Assembly (NCBI GenBank): GCA_045634005.1
Contig: JAZQZL010000058.1
Coordinates: forward strand, 9,665 to 73,664
Source: Candidatus Flemingiibacterium sp.
GTDB taxonomy: Bacteria; Bacillota; Clostridia; Oscillospirales; CAG-272
DNA length: 64,000 bases
Direction: 5' to 3'
Position 1 is the first letter of the stretch, and every line of letters starts with the position of its first letter. Shown in pieces: positions 61,366 to 64,000 of this stretch. Position numbers and translations under genes: made by a program. The notes under the pieces are model-generated. The model saw only the letters and a program-made list of their open reading frames with translations, searched no databases and was not told where the DNA came from.

Positions 61366-61373
61366 GATTTTGC

Positions 61374-63309
61374 TTATTTAATAAGAAGCAACACGGGATC
61401 GAGTATCTCGACTCGCTTGTCGATAGCGTATACGCCGTCGCCGAGCGCCTCAAACGCTACGGGCACCTCGTCACCGTCGGGCGTAAGCGCCTTGATTTCG
61501 GTGGGCGCCTTTTCGAGATAAAGCGTAGCCTTCTCGATCGGGTCCATTCCAAGCGAATAGATCGCCGCGAGAAGTCTGCCGTCCTCAACATATCCGGCAC
61601 GCAGGCATATCTCCTCGTCGCCGAGTGCGTATATCGGAAGTGCACCGGCACGCGAGAGAATGTCCACGAACTGCTTCTTTCTCGACTCGTTAAGGAACGC
61701 AAATCCCTCAACGTAATTGAACGTAGCCGTGGGCGAGCCACAGAATACTACGGAAAGCGCACCGTTATCACGTTTAAGCACAGTCGTCGCAGGTGCGAGC
61801 ACCTGCTGATAGCCGTCAGCGCGTCTTACGTTATTTGAAAGAACCTCTGTGCGCTCGTTTGTAAGGGTAAGCTTCTTGTGATTTTTCTGCTTTGTGCAGT
61901 TCAGATGGCGTTCAACGTCAAAGCTTTCAGCGTGACACATTCCGAGGTCCCATTCAGTCGCATCGACGCCGAGATATTCGCCGTATCCGCGCTCGCAAAG
62001 AGCCTTTGCGGATGCGCCGTCCACGATAACGGTGTTTTCGAAAAGCGCCTTTATCTGATCATCGGTCATATCGCCGACCATGTTGTCCTCGATGATGTTC
62101 GCCTTTTCGCTGTTTTCAGAGAAGTAGAACGGAAGTCCCATTCTCCAAGGTTGAGCGTTACCCAGTCGCTGTTGTGGTAGTTTACAGCCTTCTGCGCGGT
62201 GAAGTCAAAATCGATCTGCTCAAGGAAATACGCGTTAAGACCTACCCAGCGGATATTTTTCGAGAGCTCGTGAAGCTTTTCGTAGAGTCCGCCGTGGCGC
62301 GCGAGAATATCGCGGTATGCCTTACCCGACGCCGGCTCAAAGGTCGAGGTTCTGGTGAGCCAATGCTTGGCACCGCTTGCTCCCTCCATAATGGATGCTA
62401 TATAGTGAGCGTTAAGATAGCGTGCGCTCTTTGCATATCTGTTGAACGGAACGGTGTCGGTTTCGGCAAGAATTACGTCAACGCCGCGCTTTTTAAGCCT
62501 TGTACCGCAGATTGCCATATTGCGCATTTGGTTGCTGAACTCTTTTGCGGATACGGGCGTGTACTTACCGTTAGGAACGCGAACGATCGTCGGGTTACCC
62601 TTGCCGGCAAACTCCTTGCTCGTGAGGTCAACAGCCTCGCAAATGTGGCCGGAAGTGCAATTTGCGCCCTGAATCGAGGGGTCTATCTCATCAATAGCCG
62701 CTCTGAACACCTTTGCAGCGTTAACGAGCGCGTCTATCTGTGTGCTAACAAAAATTCTTGTGAGCTCATCGCTCTTATCGTGTGTGGTAACGTGCTTCCA
62801 AAGCTCCTCGCGTGTCATAGACGTACCAGCACGGCGGTTGAACTCCGCCATATGTAAGGGACAAGCACAGCCGCGACCGGGACGAAGCATAAGTCTGAAG
62901 TCGTCATCAAGCATCATAACCGCCGGCTTTTCCTTGGCAAGCGTGCGAAGGACGTCCGAAAAATGAGCGAGGAAATCCTTGTCCATAGGACAGCAGGTGT
63001 GCTTCGCTTCACCGTCGTTAAAGTCGATAAGCTTCTGGAAAGGGTTATCCGTGATCGGATATCCGTGACCGATAGATGCCTGAATGAGTATACCGCTCTG
63101 AACACCCTTTTTTGCGAGTGCGTCGCGGTAGCGTGCATAAAGCTTTGCCATCTTGCCGGCTTTATCCCAAACGGGATTACCCTCGGGCGTAAGCGTCATT
63201 ATGAAAAGCGGCATTTGCACCACTTGACGCTTGACCTGATCAACGATGTCGGCTACCCTTGCCTCAAACTCGTTTTCGACGAGCGGCATCATAGAAAACC
63301 GTACAGCAT
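61374..63309 (-). pseudogene. conserved-looking protein of about 645 codons and unknown function, interrupted by two 1-nt frame disruptions
   Basis: Three consecutive reading-frame pieces are present: MLYGFL* (63309-63289, the only ATG at correct distance from AAAGGAG), ORF 62066..63292, and ORF 61374..62141. Adding 1 nt in the T4 run near 63295 and 1 nt near 62142 fuses all three. The alternative is two overlapping genes plus a leader peptide. Confidence 0.5.
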
Positions 63310-63443
63310 AATGTTAAATCTCCTTTTAACATAACAAAATTTTCAGGTGATCGGCAACCCGCCAATCGCCTTAACTACAGTGTATCACGCTATACGGAAA
63401 TAGTAAAGTATATTTTCTGCAATATATTAAAATAATGTGTAGA

Positions 63444-64000
63444 TCAGCCGCTTATCTTAAGCGTTTGTCCCGGTGCAATGCTGTACGGTACACCGTCAAC
63501 GTCAAAATAAAGCGTGTAGAGCGTGGGGTTGTAAACGGTCTTGCCGTCGGCGCTGTATACGAGGCGCTTATAAGCCTCGACGTACTCGTATATCTCCATA
63601 TTTGTCGCAAACCAAATATCCTCGCCCGATGCGAGCTTTCCGCATATAGCCTCGATATGCTCCCAGTTATCGTTTCGGTCAAACTCGTAGCTGTGTCCCC
63701 AGATATAGAGAAGCCGGGGACGTCTGCTTGCAACATACACCTTCGAAGATATGTCCGCATTTAAGAACTTTTCAATATACTCCATAATACTCGGATTATC
63801 ATGGTGCGCACTCGGCGTCCACGCGTGGAAATCCTCGGGAAGCATAAAGGAATCATTGTCGCCCGCAAGCGTTCTCGCGTAAACGACGTCGAGCTCGGTC
63901 AGATACTGCTTTATCTGTGCGTAACTCGTCTGCGGCATCATGTATCTTATTCCCGTGTCGGGATATGCCATTCCGCGAATGATACGTCCGCACTTTTCCT
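63444..64000 (-). CDS. polysaccharide deacetylase (NodB-like) family protein, C-terminal part (the gene starts beyond the right edge)
   Basis: The frame stays open upstream of the annotated M to the window end (..EKCGRIIRGMAYPDTG). The motifs RGMAYP.G, LLYIWGHSYEF and NMEIYEYV are typical of this family as I recall it. Confidence 0.7.
   Translation of the reverse strand, partial: EKCGRIIRGMAYPDTGIRYMMPQTSYAQIKQYLTELDVVYARTLAGDNDSFMLPEDFHAWTPSAHHDNPSIMEYIEKFLNADISSKVYVASRRPRLLYIWGHSYEFDRNDNWEHIEAICGKLASGEDIWFATNMEIYEYVEAYKRLVYSADGKTVYNPTLYTLYFDVDGVPYSIAPGQTLKISG

Overview
The window is a chromosomal segment of a Firmicutes/Clostridia-type genome. The evidence is spoVG plus the syntenies ffs-dnaX-ybaB-recR, rnc-radical SAM-smc-ftsY, yhbY-nadD-yqeK-LCP-rsfS-leuS and rpoB-rpoC. 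Hand counts of single 60-nt lines give about 50-58% GC in core genes. I support about 58 protein genes, mostly housekeeping: thrS, leuS, smc, ftsY, topA, dprA, rqcH, dnaX, recR, murC, serA/serC, rpoB/rpoC, rpsT, rpmF, and a nagA-kinase cluster with a PocR/AraC regulator. I also call two RNA elements, a Thr T-box leader and a long-form SRP RNA, and many canonical sigma-A-like promoters and intrinsic terminators.

I found no CRISPR array, IS or transposase, integrase, prophage, toxin-antitoxin pair or recognisable defence system.

The observations most worth a second look are:
- A three-copy, highly structured intergenic repeat family. It always sits just 5' of a start codon in the same relative orientation and shows compensatory stem substitutions between copies.
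- Three AT-richer islets carrying uncharacterised genes: a beta-propeller-like protein coupled to ogg and a GNAT; a secreted C39-like peptidase with a BspA-type LRR protein, which separates rpoB from its usual upstream neighbours; and a DUF4375/DMP19-like protein with a small membrane protein.
- A roughly 645-codon gene broken by two same-direction 1-nt frame disruptions.
- A pair of palindrome-containing direct repeats spaced 21 bp apart upstream of nagA.

All family assignments come from reading the translations by eye. No database search was run.
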